Positions 1 to 12,452 of a stretch of DNA of 64,000 nucleotides are shown one piece after another. The notes under the pieces were generated by a model. That model was not told the DNA's origin, did no database searches, and saw nothing but the letters and a program-made list of their open reading frames with translations. Made by a program: the position numbers and the translations under genes. Position 1 is the first letter of the stretch. Each line of letters opens with the position of its first letter. This DNA is from Eukaryota sp. GEM-RC1 (taxonomy: Eukaryota). Location of the stretch: positions 1,054,001 through 1,118,000 of the forward strand of contig JAUFOQ010000017.1 in NCBI GenBank assembly GCA_040285855.1, written 5' to 3'.

Positions 1-216
1 GGAAAATAATTTACGGCGAAATTATATTACGGAAATAAATTTACGGTTTTGAGTTGTTACGGAAATTAATTTACGGTTTTGACATGTTACGGAAACTAAT
101 TTACGGCTAAAACATATTACGGAAATAGATTTACGGTTTTGAATTGCTACGGAAATTAATTTATGGTTTAGCCTCATTGCAAAATTAATTTACGGTTCAA
201 TTTTTAGACAGCCCTG
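1..216. mobile_element. End of a probable hAT-type DNA transposon/MITE with ~29-30 bp tandem subterminal repeats
   Basis: About 6 copies of TTACGGAAAtwAATTTACGG, ending in CAGCCCTG (reverse complement CAGGGCTG, a hAT-like terminus). The other end lies outside the window. Confidence 0.55.
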
Positions 217-221
217 TCTCC

Positions 222-460
222 AAGACATAATGCTTTTGTTTTTCAACCTTTTCGAATTTCTTTATATGGAAATTTAGGTACTGCATCTAATAACTTCTTG
301 TGTTCGTTTAAGGATTTGTGTAGGGATTTCAGTAAAATGTACAACAGTGGTTGTTGAAGAGATCGTCTAGTATATGCTTTATTTCGTTCTATGAACAACT
401 ACGTTGATGAAATCTTGAAGAGTTTGTTTGGTGGTGGAGAAGGTTGCGTGATGGCGTACT
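222..460 (+). pseudogene. 3' fragment of an RLE-type non-LTR retrotransposon ORF
   Basis: Translates as AFVFQPFRISLYGNLG..., homologous to 8770-9108 (FVFQPFAISPYGNIG) and 45822-46010 (YSFVFSLYGYLG); contains a stop. Confidence 0.6.
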
Positions 461-1927
461 AGTAGGTTCATCTGTCCTTTTTATTTTCTTTATAGATTAA
501 TGCACTTTTTTCTTTGGGTAAACCTAATTTACATGTACTTAACCTTTCACTTATACATGTAGTTCGCTACTACGAAATGGAGTCTACTTGTATGTCTTAC
601 CCTTAGGCCAAATCCATCCAAATGGTTTACAGCATCATCACAGTTCTCATCAAAGTTCTCCAGCACAAATGGTCTGCAGTCTACTACAACAGGAAATACG
701 ATAAAAACAAATAGGAAATTGAATTTGATTTCTGAATTTTGTTATGCCTTGTTAAGGCTTGAAATATGAAGGGACGGTGGCAGATGATAATCTAGAAAAG
801 AAAGGACTATAGTTCACTTCTGGAACACATGTTCACACTTGTGACATTAAAGCAAATCTGCAGCTATTGTAACTATTTTGAATAATTCAAATGATCCGGT
901 AAAGAATGCTGAGAAACGCTGTTAAAATACGTACATCAAGTTGCTGCATTGAATTCACGAAGACATACTAATATTGTGTTTCATCCTATTGTAATATCGT
1001 TATACGCAAATTTCGGTTCTTCTACTACGGAGTTTTTAAAATTGTTCGAGTACAAGATAAATAGCTGTACTGAGTTGCAAATGTATCTGAGTGAAACATG
1101 TTGCAGTTTTCACCTTCATACTAGTAGGTTGTCTGCTGAGAGAACAGATATATATATAACACTTTGTTGGTAGATTAATTAATTGTAAATGTAATAGACT
1201 AAACAACTAAAATTTGATATCATATAAACAACACCCATCGCCATCAAATCTTACAATATCTATGTCCTCATAATGCTTTGGAGATGATTAGCGGAATTGT
1301 TATAACAATAGTAAAAACGATACGGTTCAACCATACAAACATTTGATCAAAACGTTTGTTCATAGTTCTTTTACGATTTTGCCGTGATTGTAGTAATTTA
1401 GTGAGTCTTGGTCTACTTGGTTTTGATTTTGAAAATTTGAACCAACCCAGACCAGAACCACACACGTCTAAACCACACCAAACCAGAACCACGAACCGAA
1501 TGGTTTTATTTCTTTGTATAAATATTTGGTCGTTTACTTGGATTATTACAATGTAAATTTTTGTTCCATTTCTGACATACAAAATGTTTCTTTTGAAGAT
1601 GAACCCCAACCTAAATCTCATTATGACGCTCTTCAAACATCTCCAACTATGTATCTGGCTGTCCTTGGCTCGATGTACTGTGTCCAAACGACCTAATCGA
1701 TTAAGCCATGATGGGGTACAAGCTGCTGACTCTGCGATTGTGTCTCAATAACAACAACATATGATTGTTGATTTGTTGCGAAAGCATATTTAACTACTTT
1801 AGTAAACCTTTATTTATAATTTCTTTTGTTTCACACAATTCTGGTCCTTGGTTTCTGAACTAAAATACATCTGTATGTAATTACATATCGTTTCAAGAAC
1901 ATGTACTAGTACTTTTAGGATGATATA

Positions 1928-1966
1928 GAGAGAGAAAAAGCTTTATTCGGCACCCAATAAGGTATA
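1928..1966 (-). mobile_element. Extremely 5'-truncated non-LTR retrotransposon insertion (3' tip only)
   Basis: Reverse complement of the CCTTATTGGGTGCCGAATAAA..(TC)n tail seen at 5439-5466; flanked by an 11-bp direct repeat AGGATGATATA (1917-1927, 1967-1977). Confidence 0.75.
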
Positions 1967-2593
1967 AGGATGATATATTGGCAAAAACTATAAATTTCAA
2001 ACAAATTGAGACGACATCAGTCATGATTTGCAAGGCGTGATGGTTCTGGTGTTTGCAGTTAAAACCAAACTAGAACCAATCCAATCCATTGGTTTCTCTA
2101 CCATCACTAGTTTTTATGTTCGGTTTGGCATTTCTCACAAATTTGGTTCCATCATTCGGACATGGTCACTTCCTTTTTTTTAGTACTATTAATACATGTA
2201 GTATATTGTTTCTATCCGCTTATCATTGTGACAAAATCATTTGAATGGTTTCGTGTTTCGATTTATAGCCAACAATAATTGTGACTAAGTTGTATAAGAA
2301 CTGTGGAGCTGTCGGTCAGCAATTATATCCAATGCTTCATAGAATGTATTTTGATATCAATGGTTGTGATCTCATCTAATCCATAGTGAAGAAATGATGT
2401 GTTTCTAAAGGTTTTTCTGAAAAGATATTTAAAACAACTTGACCGTTGAAGGGTGGGTTCGGTCGAAATAGAGACAGATATATCAAAGAAGTTTTATCGA
2501 TTGGAGTGAAGAAAGAGTTGAAATAGTGAGTGGGAAAAGACATTTACAAACCTTAAGCGTAGCATTATTGTATACAAGAAACCCAAGTTACAG

Positions 2594-4429
2594 TTATCTT
2601 TCTAAAATTTCGGAAACAGTTGTAAGTTCAAGGTCACTCACGTCATCTACTTTACTGGGAGATTCTTGACCAGTCTCAAATTGCTGTAACTTCTTAAAAG
2701 TAAGAAGATAATCCTGTTGTAAAACAGAATTGAGTTTTTTCAACTTCTCAACCTCCTTTTTAGAAGCCCAAGCACTTTTCTTCTCCTTCGTAATTTCATT
2801 TGTTAACGATTTATACTTCGATTTCTGAACCTCAAGCTCTGAGGCTTGCTTAGCACACTCACCTTGAAGAGTTTCAACTTCCTTTCTTAATGAATCTGAT
2901 TGATCCTGTTGTGCTGAACATAACTTGGGGTAGAATTTGTGTGTCATGAATTTGTACATCATACTACTAAGAGAAGGGTCACTTAACAACTGGTAAATTG
3001 AATCAAGGAAGTGTTCTAGGTCAGATACGGTAGAAGGCAGGTTTAGGGATTCAAGTACACTCATGAAATCAGCAATCAAATTTGATTGACTCTGTTTTGA
3101 TTGATCTTGATTTTTCCAAAAGTGTACCAACTGCTTCACAGCCCAACAAACATGATGATCATGAACTGATGAACAGATCCTGCTTAAAAGTGAAAAAGAA
3201 AAAACTGATTGATCACCATCATTTCCAGAAATTTTCATAACATCATTCAGATTCAAAAGCAAATCATCAATAATCACTTCATCACCACGTTGATCGGACT
3301 GAGACAACATCCAAAGAAGCATATCGACTGGAACAAACTCTGATGGAATACGTCCATTTAACAATTCTTTTGAGAGCTTGAACAGAACATCAGAAAAAAT
3401 AGGTTTTTCAAATAAAGGCTTAGTGATCTCATAGAATATCTGAAGAGACTGGTGTTCCACGTTGGACAGATAATCAGTAAGAATCATTTCAAGATCGTCG
3501 GGTTCTAAAACGTGACTGTTAAGCACAAGACATTTGAGCAACCACCAAACGTCAACATCATGGGAGAATAAAGATGTGAAGACGTCCAAGTTGGAAAAAG
3601 ATATAGGATGAATTGAGTCAGGAATGTAGGACATGGCAGGGAAAAAGCATGACTCTGTGAGGCACTTGGCTTCAGTGAGTGTACTTGATTGAAGAAAAGA
3701 AGCGAGTGGAGTGACAATATCGTTGAGTGAGTAGATGAATTGTTCACAAGTATATTGGACGAAGGCAACACCAAAGAATAAAGAGAGAACTAGGAAGGAG
3801 AAAACATTCTCTAAAGTCAAAGAGATCGTTAAAGAGTTGTAAAAGAGGAGAAAAAACTCGTCAACGACGTCTACATTGACTGAAAACTCGTTGGAGAATG
3901 AGATTGCAATGGGTTCACTGGGTCGATTTCGAGATGGAGAAAATCGTTCAAGAAAGTAAGATGAATAGCCACATAAAGCAATGATGTGTGAATCGATTGT
4001 CACCTTGTTGTAATGAAGGGATATGTCACGCTCCTTTTTAATTAAGAGTGATAGAAAAGTTGAACAAGAATTGGTGAAACTCAAAGTGGAGGCGCTGTCT
4101 TGCTTATCCTTGATGAATTCGTTGAGTTGAGTGTAGCCAAGCTTCTGAGCCCACAAAGATTCGATCGAAGTGAGAGAGGTTGGAATTAGTACAGTTTCTC
4201 CATAGAGTGACTGCAAAATCGAATGGATCTTTTCGATCTCTGGTGCACTACTGGCCAGGAACTTGAGATCATCATTGAGGAGATGATCGAGACAGTTATC
4301 ATTGAGAAAAAGCGATAGAATTACCCTATGTGCAGGGAACATCAGGGGACCTAAGTAAATCTTAACGTCGGTCAGCTTGTGCTGTTTTTGGAGTTGAGCA
4401 ATTCGAGCATAAAGTGAAGGGTTATCCAT
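2594..4429 (-). CDS. Tandem BTB/POZ-domain protein with C-terminal coiled coil
   Basis: 611-aa ORF with two BTB starts (TDVKIYLGPLMFPAHRVIL; DISLHYNKVTIDSHIIALCGYSSYF) and a heptad-rich C-terminus. Confidence 0.8.
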   Translation of the reverse strand: MDNPSLYARIAQLQKQHKLTDVKIYLGPLMFPAHRVILSLFLNDNCLDHLLNDDLKFLASSAPEIEKIHSILQSLYGETVLIPTSLTSIESLWAQKLGYTQLNEFIKDKQDSASTLSFTNSCSTFLSLLIKKERDISLHYNKVTIDSHIIALCGYSSYFLERFSPSRNRPSEPIAISFSNEFSVNVDVVDEFFLLFYNSLTISLTLENVFSFLVLSLFFGVAFVQYTCEQFIYSLNDIVTPLASFLQSSTLTEAKCLTESCFFPAMSYIPDSIHPISFSNLDVFTSLFSHDVDVWWLLKCLVLNSHVLEPDDLEMILTDYLSNVEHQSLQIFYEITKPLFEKPIFSDVLFKLSKELLNGRIPSEFVPVDMLLWMLSQSDQRGDEVIIDDLLLNLNDVMKISGNDGDQSVFSFSLLSRICSSVHDHHVCWAVKQLVHFWKNQDQSKQSQSNLIADFMSVLESLNLPSTVSDLEHFLDSIYQLLSDPSLSSMMYKFMTHKFYPKLCSAQQDQSDSLRKEVETLQGECAKQASELEVQKSKYKSLTNEITKEKKSAWASKKEVEKLKKLNSVLQQDYLLTFKKLQQFETGQESPSKVDDVSDLELTTVSEILER

Positions 4430-4625
4430 AATTTCAAGAAAACAAAGAAAATTAAATTTTTGATTTAAGAGACATTTAGGCTCAAACTATAGGATCTGTT
4501 GGTTCTATAACGTTCACACTTAGAACTGATTTTAGCTGGGTTATTTGATAAAGACGTTGCTTTACAAGGTTTGTTCAGTGATTCATCAATTATTCTACTT
4601 GTTAACATTCTGAATGAAAGATGAT

Positions 4626-5541
4626 CAGGGGTGTGAAAATATTTATTTAAATATATTGTTTATTGTTTTCGATAAAAATAAATATATTGTTATTGTTTTT
4701 GACAGAAATAAATATATTGTTATTGTTGTCGAAAACAATAAATATATGTATTTATTGTCAATAAATATTGGTTAATTTCATTTAGTTTCTATGTATCAAT
4801 AATCCGACAAGAACAGCTCTAACATTTTTTATGATATATCAAATGTTCCTCAGACTCGTCATCGTCCTAAAGGAGCTCAATAGATTGTGTCGTGAATGAG
4901 ACTTTGATTGAAGATACTTTTTGGGGTAACTCCAATTGCACAACAACAGAACAGTTTGGGTTTCCGTCGTATTAAGCAGGACAAATCGTGTCAAGTACCA
5001 ATTTGAAAAGTAGTGGGTAACTATTTCGTTATGTTCAGACATAAAGAAGACTCAGACAGAATTTTATCGTGCTCAGCGACCTCCAATCGATCACTTTACA
5101 CTGTATTTCTTCAAAAATAGCACAATGTGTTACTGTAAAAACAGACAAAATAGGACCCATATATATTTCAATATATTGCAATATATTGCAATAATATTGT
5201 TTATTGTTTCGACCAACAATAAATATATTGTCGGTCACTCACAGAACAAACATTTTGTTTTTCCATATATCGGAATATGCCTTTCTATTTCTCTAGATTA
5301 ATTGAGAAATTGTACAAGTTTGGTGTGAAGGTTCATGTAGATAAACGTAATCTTTTACCGGGTGGTGATGAAGTCGTTTGGATTTAATCTTAGTATTATT
5401 TGTTTGTTTTTACAATTTCATAGTTTGTAGAAAGGTTACCTTATTGGGTGCCGAATAAACATCTCTCTCACAGAACAATAAATAAATAAATAGATATTTA
5501 TTGCAATAAATACAATATAAATATATTTTTTCTCACCCCTG
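4626..5541. mobile_element. Non-autonomous hAT element (MITE)
   Basis: TIRs CAGGGGTGTGAAAA / TTTTCTCACCCCTG; 8-bp TSD AAGATGAT (4618-4625, 5542-5549); AATAAATATATTG subterminal repeats. Confidence 0.9.
5250..5466 (+). mobile_element. 5'-truncated non-LTR retrotransposon 3' end nested in the MITE
   Basis: 12-bp TSD CTCACAGAACAA (5238-5249, 5467-5478); AATAAA followed by a short (TC)n tail; homologous copies near 35.6-35.8 kb (-), 41.7-42.0 kb and 44.8-45.05 kb. Confidence 0.8.
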
Positions 5542-6041
5542 AAGATGATCGTCTATGTATTTATTCTATTATTATCATATGTAATTTTGTGCCCTTAATC
5601 GATAAACTTTTTGTCCAACTATTTACTATTGATATTCGAAGAAACTATGGAGAGCTTCACATTTCCTTTAATCCACGGAGGATACTTTGCCAATAATTTA
5701 TAGAAGATCATGAAAATGTTTGATTGTTCATCAAAATTCAATGAGAGTCCGAGTATAACCATCGTTTTTCTGCTACAAAAATAATGATGAAATTCAAATG
5801 GATTATCCCTTGGATTAACTTCGTCGGAGGTAATACCAACAAGGCCTTGAAGTTGAGAGATACAGGCTTGGACGAAGTCAAAGTGTAACGATTGGAGATG
5901 AGATCAGTCCATATATAGATAGTGTTAGTACTTTAGAAAAAATAGACAATAAAACAAACCGTTGATGCATATAGTTTGTTAGTAGTGGATAAAGCAAATC
6001 AAAACACATATTGATTAACGCCACACAGAAAAGAATATTTA

Positions 6042-8093
6042 TCAAAAATTTCCTTCCTCTAAAGCCTGGATAAATTGCTTAGCAGAGTTCTTTTTAGCTA
6101 TAAGCACACTACTTCCACACTGAGAGTCCTTTGGTAATTCTAATCCACGTTTGTCTACTAAGAATAACGTGGCAATGAAACGTTCAGGACCAGCATCAAA
6201 AGTATCTGTAATTTCAAAATGAAAAGATTGGTAAAAATTTGATTTTTCAACCATTTTTTGTAACAATTCTAAATAATCCAAATTTTGAGTCCAACTAGAA
6301 CTGGGAGTAATTGAAAACTTCTGATATTTTCGGACAACCAAACCAGTTGAAGGATCAAAACTCCTTTGCGAATCCGTTTTGACATCATTCAACTGCTTTG
6401 AATAAACTTTCTTTTACCCATAACTTTAAACAAATTATTACGATCTTGAATTGCTCTCGGATTTGACGAAGCTTTCTTCACTGCCACGTCTACACCATTT
6501 GCCATATTAGCTGCTCGCTGAACATTTTCCATATGATCTTGCCCAACTACTAAAGCAAGGAACTTTCCTCCTTGGGCACGCACGCGACCAGCTGCTTGAA
6601 TCAACGACGTGGCAGTCGTATCGATGCCAGTCTTGATTACTAAATGACATGATGGGATGTCGATACCTTCCTGAATTACTCGAGTACCTACAAGACAGTT
6701 GATTTCCCGTTTTAACAATTTTTCAATTTGAACATTTGAATTACACTCAGTAGCCACGTCAACAACTGACTGCGACCGCCCAATCGCATAATCACTTTTC
6801 AAAAAAGGCAAGTCTGGATGACGCGATAGAGCCAACGATACAGATCGAGCTCCAATCCGAGTCTCACACATGATTAGCACTGAAAATCGACTAGCAGAAA
6901 CCTTTCTATGCTCCAGCATCACCATTCTAGCAATCTCTGATAAACTAAGAACATCACACTCCACTGGAGAAAAATCAGAAGAGAAAGTGTAGTTTAAAGA
7001 GGCAATGCCGGCAAAAACAGGACCACAGATTTGGTTTACATCTAATAGTTGTCTCCTATCCTCGAACACGTCAGCACACGAGAGTGCTTGTTTAATTATA
7101 CTGGTAAATGACTGTAGATCTTCAACAGACTTTTTGGGTGGGAGGTTTGGTAGATGAAGTGTTGACCATTTCTGAAAGAGTGGTGAGGAGTTGAATCAAC
7201 TGTTTAAAGAGATCAATCACTTCTGATGAGAGACATGATTCTACTTGACTTTGAGAGAAGTCAAGGAGATTCCCAGTGACAAAGGAACGATGACTTTGGA
7301 TGACGTGGCGTAGATCAGATATACTTTGATCAATTAAAGCCATAACACATGGCCACGGAAGTGGTTTTGGACTGACAACACGTGTTTCTAGAGCGGTGTT
7401 GTTGACATGAGAATAATACTCATCAAGAAAGTCATATGGTTCAACTACTACAGCATTAACAGAGTACAAGAACTCAGCAAGATCAAACTCAATCTCATTG
7501 TACTTCTTTGGCTCAATGGGGGAAGCAGAGAGTCCTAGTAGAGGTAAAGGTTGTCCAGCAGAATCCCATTCTAGGATGAACTGAGCAGCAGGTGTTTGAT
7601 GTCTCATGTGATGAACTTCATCGACAACAATGAGGGAGAAACACTCGGCAAGTTTGGACATGCTAACGTCACTTGACTTGAGAAGTCTGTCATTTACCCA
7701 CCCGGGAGTAGCAAAAACTGCCTGGAATTGTTTAAACTGAGAGATAGAAGTTGGAGGAGGAGATTCACCAAGAAAGATGCCAACGTTGCGTTTATTTTTG
7801 ACATCAGTCAACCATGCCTTTTTATGTTGATGGACAAGAGCACGGGTAGGAGCAACTAGAAGAGCAGGTTTGTGAGTAATGAGTTTGGCTGCAAGCATTC
7901 TCATGAATGCACAAAGTGTTTTACCGGTACCAGTACGCATGTAGATAACAGAGTTCACATAATTGACAGAGTTTGTATAGACTTCGACTTGGTAGTTTCT
8001 GGGAACTTTGGTAAGAAGAGGACAAAGGTCGTCCATAAAAATGTCAAATTCAATGTTTTCTTTACAGCAAAAAGTTTTTACTGAATTTGACAT
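6042..8093 (-). CDS. Dicer/RIG-I-like DExD/H helicase with C-terminal dsRNA-binding domain (frameshifted into 3 ORFs)
   Basis: Q motif PRNYQ, motif I RTGTGKT, Ia LLVAPTRALVHQH, II DEVHH, III GLSASP, V TRVIQEGIDIPSC, VI IQAAGRVR. The last ORF has a dsRBD pattern (LELLQKMVEK...GPERFIATL...GSSVLIAKKNSAKQFIQAL). Confidence 0.8.
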
Positions 8094-8544
8094 TATCAAT
8101 TCAATTTGAAACTATAAAACTAAGAGCAAGAGCAAATTAAGACTAAAACCGTGATCCATCACTAATCAGAATTGGTAAGTTAATATTCTTCTGAATGACC
8201 TACATGCAGAACGGTGTCGACAGTGTCCAGCAGTTTCTATGTAGAGAAAAAAAAATTGACGTCTTAAAAAAGGTGTGTACTTCAAACGATGACGATGATC
8301 AACATAATGCTGTTTTTCAAGATGTCTTAGCAGGATTATCACATTTGATTAATAAAAACAAGACCGTTGTACTTGCTTCTAAGTATTCCAGCTCTTGTCG
8401 TGTATCGGACCTCCTCAATATCTTCTTTCCAGTGCTAGGGTGATATAGAATGGCGCAGTTGTTACATAACTTATCAAAATGATCAAGAATACTTTGATAT
8501 GTTTCGATTTACGGGGTATACAAAAGAGGTATTCTATATTCTCA

Positions 8545-8681
8545 CTACGGTAATTTGCCGTAAATAATTTCCGTATTTTGACAGTTACCGTATTTTACGG
8601 ATACCGGGTACAGTGCCGTACCGCATTTTACGGTAGTGTACGGCAAAAAGTGTACGGTACGCTATTTTTTGTACATCACTG
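8545..8681. repeat. TACGG/CCGTA-rich transposon end (hAT-like terminus CATCACTG)
   Basis: Clustered TACGG/CCGTA motifs like those at 1-200, ending TACATCACTG. Confidence 0.45.
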
Positions 8682-8699
8682 AAGAAGAAATCAAACGAT

Positions 8700-9110
8700 A
8701 AGTTTTTACAGTTGTAATAATTGTATTTGAAGACAACAACTTATTACGTACAATGTACACTAACCAAAACTAGAAGACACCAGTTAAAGTATCTGAACTA
8801 AACTCAACCTGACTAGAATCAAACAATTTAGCTAAAATAGAATTGAAATATCTAAACATCGACCGAAACAAAGCCAAAGTCAATTTTGATAGCCAAAATC
8901 CCGCATTGAAGACTTTTCCATACTCTGAACACAATTTTCCAAAAGAGACTAAAAACTGTTGTGCTGAAGGACCAATATTACCATAAGGTGAGATAGCAAA
9001 GGGCTGAAAAACAAAACAATTACATCGATCAGCATTCAGCTTAACAATTGAGTCGCCATATTTTGTCCTTACTATTTTCCGCAGTCTTATGAGGTGAATA
9101 GTTTTCATCT
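8700..9110 (-). mobile_element. 3' fragment of an RLE-type non-LTR retrotransposon
   Basis: ORF 8770-9108 with K...KY..L...FVFQPFAISPYGNIG, typical of the C-terminal end of a restriction-like endonuclease domain. Confidence 0.65.
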
Positions 9111-9483
9111 AGAATTTTAGAGACTCATTTTACAGTTGTTGGTCTGAACACATAAGAACAGGGATTTAAGACACTAGATACCCCATTAACTAACATAATG
9201 TTGAACAAATTGGTGTATTTAGATATTAGTTAGTTAAATTAAAATAACCATCTTTAATTAATATTTATATCTCAAGTTAGACAAAATGAACACTAATAAA
9301 TAACATTCACTCAAACCAATCAGTGAGAATAATAATTGTGTAATGTGAAAAATACAAATAAAAAGTGCAAAGATACCGTCAGAGCAAAAAGGTCACCAAT
9401 GGGTAAAGACTAATATATTACAGAAAGTGGCTTGACCTTAATTATACCAAACACCCACATATTGGTAACAAGCCATTAAAAGA

Positions 9484-11833
9484 CTAACCCAAAATTGACA
9501 CATCACTGTAGTCGCTGTAATCACTATCGATTGAAGCGTCAGTGTCAACTTCAGCATATTGAGGGCCTAAATCAACATTGATAAGAGAATTAGCAAAAAT
9601 CAAAGGTGGACGTACGTCAATGTTGATTTTAGCTTCCTGTGGCACCGGAACAGCAATGTCAATACAAGTACCACGTCCTGCAAGCGTACTTACTGAAAAT
9701 GACCCATTCAAAAACGACGTCACAGTGACAAAGCACTTTGTTAGACCAAAACCTCTACCAAAGCCTCTGCGATCTTGTTCTCCTTTAGCTCCAAACTGAA
9801 CTAAAGAATTAGGGTCATTCATACCAGCTCCAGCATCATTTACCCCCATGTGAAGGTAATTCCGTCCATTTCGCATTTGATTCCATGTAGCAGCTCTAAT
9901 CACAGTTCCAGGAGGACTATACTTTCTAGAGTTACAGATCAAATCACGAAGGATATCAACAGTAACCGTGGGGAGGTAAACTGGATTGACTAGTCCCTTG
10001 TCCGTAGACCTGGTTCTTGGAACAACCATTTCATCACCAGAAGATGCAGAAAAGTTGTCAGAGAAGTTTAACTCGGACATACCAACATCAAGGTAGATCG
10101 TGTGAACAGGAAGTGAAGAACTAGCAGGTTTTAAGACACATTGGCCATTGCAAATGAAATGAATTTTAGCTGATGAGTCAGGATTATTAGAAATAGCATC
10201 AAACACCGCTTTAAAATTGTTACAAATATTCTTGGCTTTAAAATATCTCCAAGGTCCAACACAGTCAACATTATTATTGGGATTACCATCAGAAGACTTC
10301 AACCGTAGCACAAGTTCCTGAATTCGTTGTTTCAAAATGGGTAAAACCTTCTGATGCACATACTCAAGCTGCTTCAACTTGAACTCCCCAGTACATCTGC
10401 TTTTGAACTCACTAATAGACGACACCACGTCCTCTTCCAGAGCCTTTGACCAGTCAACAAAGGCCAATCCATACTGAAGACTAGTAAAACACACAGCATT
10501 AGGATCAGTAGATTCTGGGTTGCGTTCACAGCAAGTAGAAGTCCAGGATTGAAGCTGGTGAGTAAGGCGAGTTCTGTTGGGAGAAGCGTGAGCACCAGCG
10601 AGGTCTAATAGTCTAGAACAAAGGTTCAATAGATTGACAGCTGAATGGAATACTAGCAGGTTACGTTGGGCTTCAGTTAAATGAGTAGCAGTCCAAGTAT
10701 CACTTCCAACTCTTGTTTCCAAAGTCAATGTTTGAAACAACTGTCACTGCATTGTCAATATCTTCTCTACTAAGAGACAGTGAAGCTGATTTGGTATCCT
10801 GAATATCAGTGTTTGGTACAACACCAGAATCAGCCAGAACCCATGGATTAGTTAGGATGTCCTGCATTGTAGCTCTTTTAGAAGGGTCTGGATGCATCAG
10901 AGAGTGGATGAGTTGGTCAAGGGAATCGTCACCACCAGAAGGAATTTCAAGAACTCTGTCCCCATTAATATACTCTGAAACAGCTTCGTGAAGAGCAGTA
11001 CGGGAAACAATGTCACCCCAAGGAGAACGACCGAAGCAAAGAACATATAGACAGACACCGAGAGCGTAGATATCAGCAGTAGTACCATCATCAGAGAAGT
11101 CGTCTTTGTCGTCAGGTTTAGGAACTAAGTATTCAGGTGCGAGAAAGAGAGGAGAGCCTTGGAAAAGGAGTCGGATCGGCCAAGATGAGAAGATATGCCA
11201 AAGTCAGCTATTACAACACGTACGGAAGAATCTTTAGACCGACTAAGGAGAATATTGGACGGTTTGATATCGTTATGAGCAATACCATTAGAGTGGATGT
11301 AGTGAAGACCAGCAACAACTTGACCAAAGATTTTGCGAGCTTTAACAGGGGGGGAGAGGTTTGTAGGCGCCAATGTCACTGTCTTTGATTAAGGGTCCCA
11401 TATCACAGAACTCAGTGACGATGTAAACCTTCTGGGCGTCGGAATCCACTACGTAGTCTTGTAGGCGTAAGATGTTAGGATGATCAAGTTTACGAAGAAT
11501 GGCAATTTCACGGAGAGTTTGGCTGGAGAGCAAGTCAGATCCATGAGTACGTTTGAGAGAGATGATCTTCATGGCAACTTCTTGCTTTTCGGGAGTCAGA
11601 CATAACCAGACTTCTCCAGAAGCACCACTTCCGACTTTCGCAACCTTAGTATATTGCGACAAAGTAGTAGAAGCGTCTCGATGAAGTTGTTGTGAAATCT
11701 GAGGGGAATCTCCACTGAGGCTATCAAGACGATCTCGTCCGACATACTTGACAGCGTCACCGTCAGACATGTTATCAATATTAAACGCAACGCTATCCCC
11801 TCGAGAGGAGCGACAGCAGAAATGCTCAAGCAT
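9484..11833 (-). CDS. Ser/Thr protein kinase (CaMKK-like) fused to a histidine-kinase-type HATPase_c domain (frameshifted)
   Basis: Kinase motifs GSGASGEV, VAMK, HNDIKPSNILL, IADFG and APEY span ORFs 11342-11833, 11125-11379 and 10700-10897. ORF 9484-10740 has an N box (DLICNSRKYS), G1 (VNDAGAGM), G2 (GRGFGL) and G3 (GRGTCIDIAVP). Confidence 0.8.
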
Positions 11834-12452
11834 ATTTCAAGGAAAAATAAGAATCTGGTGTCAGGAATTCGTGCTAAAAAAGTTGACGGAAACAAAGAGA
11901 TCACATTGCAGTTTGATTTCTGAAATCTGTTTGTAGATTTTGGGGATTTTGACCACTTGTTAATCTGTGATTAGTGTGATTTCAACAAATACAGGAACAT
12001 TTATTAGACTGTGTTTGGGGAAAAGTCTCAATGATCCCCAATCCCAGAAATGAGTCTGCACGTATTCTTGGGTCTTATTGTTTCTTTAATTTGGGTTAAA
12101 CAGCTAGATGAGTAACTGAGTATGCGATGATTTTCGAAACAAATGGTTTGTTGAAAAGCCTTAACAAACTACCATCACAGTTTTCCAGTTCTAAACAGTT
12201 TAATTATCAAAATGGCTGTTTCATTATATACTCATCAATAAAATATCATATTGTATTTTGTAAATTTATAACATAGAACCAATTGGACTACCTGGACTGG
12301 ATTTTTGCTTTAAACATTCAGTTCGGTCAAACAAATCTCACATCAAGTTCAATGTAAACTGCGAGGACCATTCCACTTGTTGACTGAATTCAAGCTGAAA
12401 GATTACATTGACACGACTCTAATCCATCAGTTTGAACATTTTCCTTCCTTCG

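Noticed and set aside
1..200. Regular ~30-bp repeats resembling a CRISPR array
   Set aside because: Eukaryotic context, no unique spacers of adequate length and no cas genes; fits transposon subterminal repeats.
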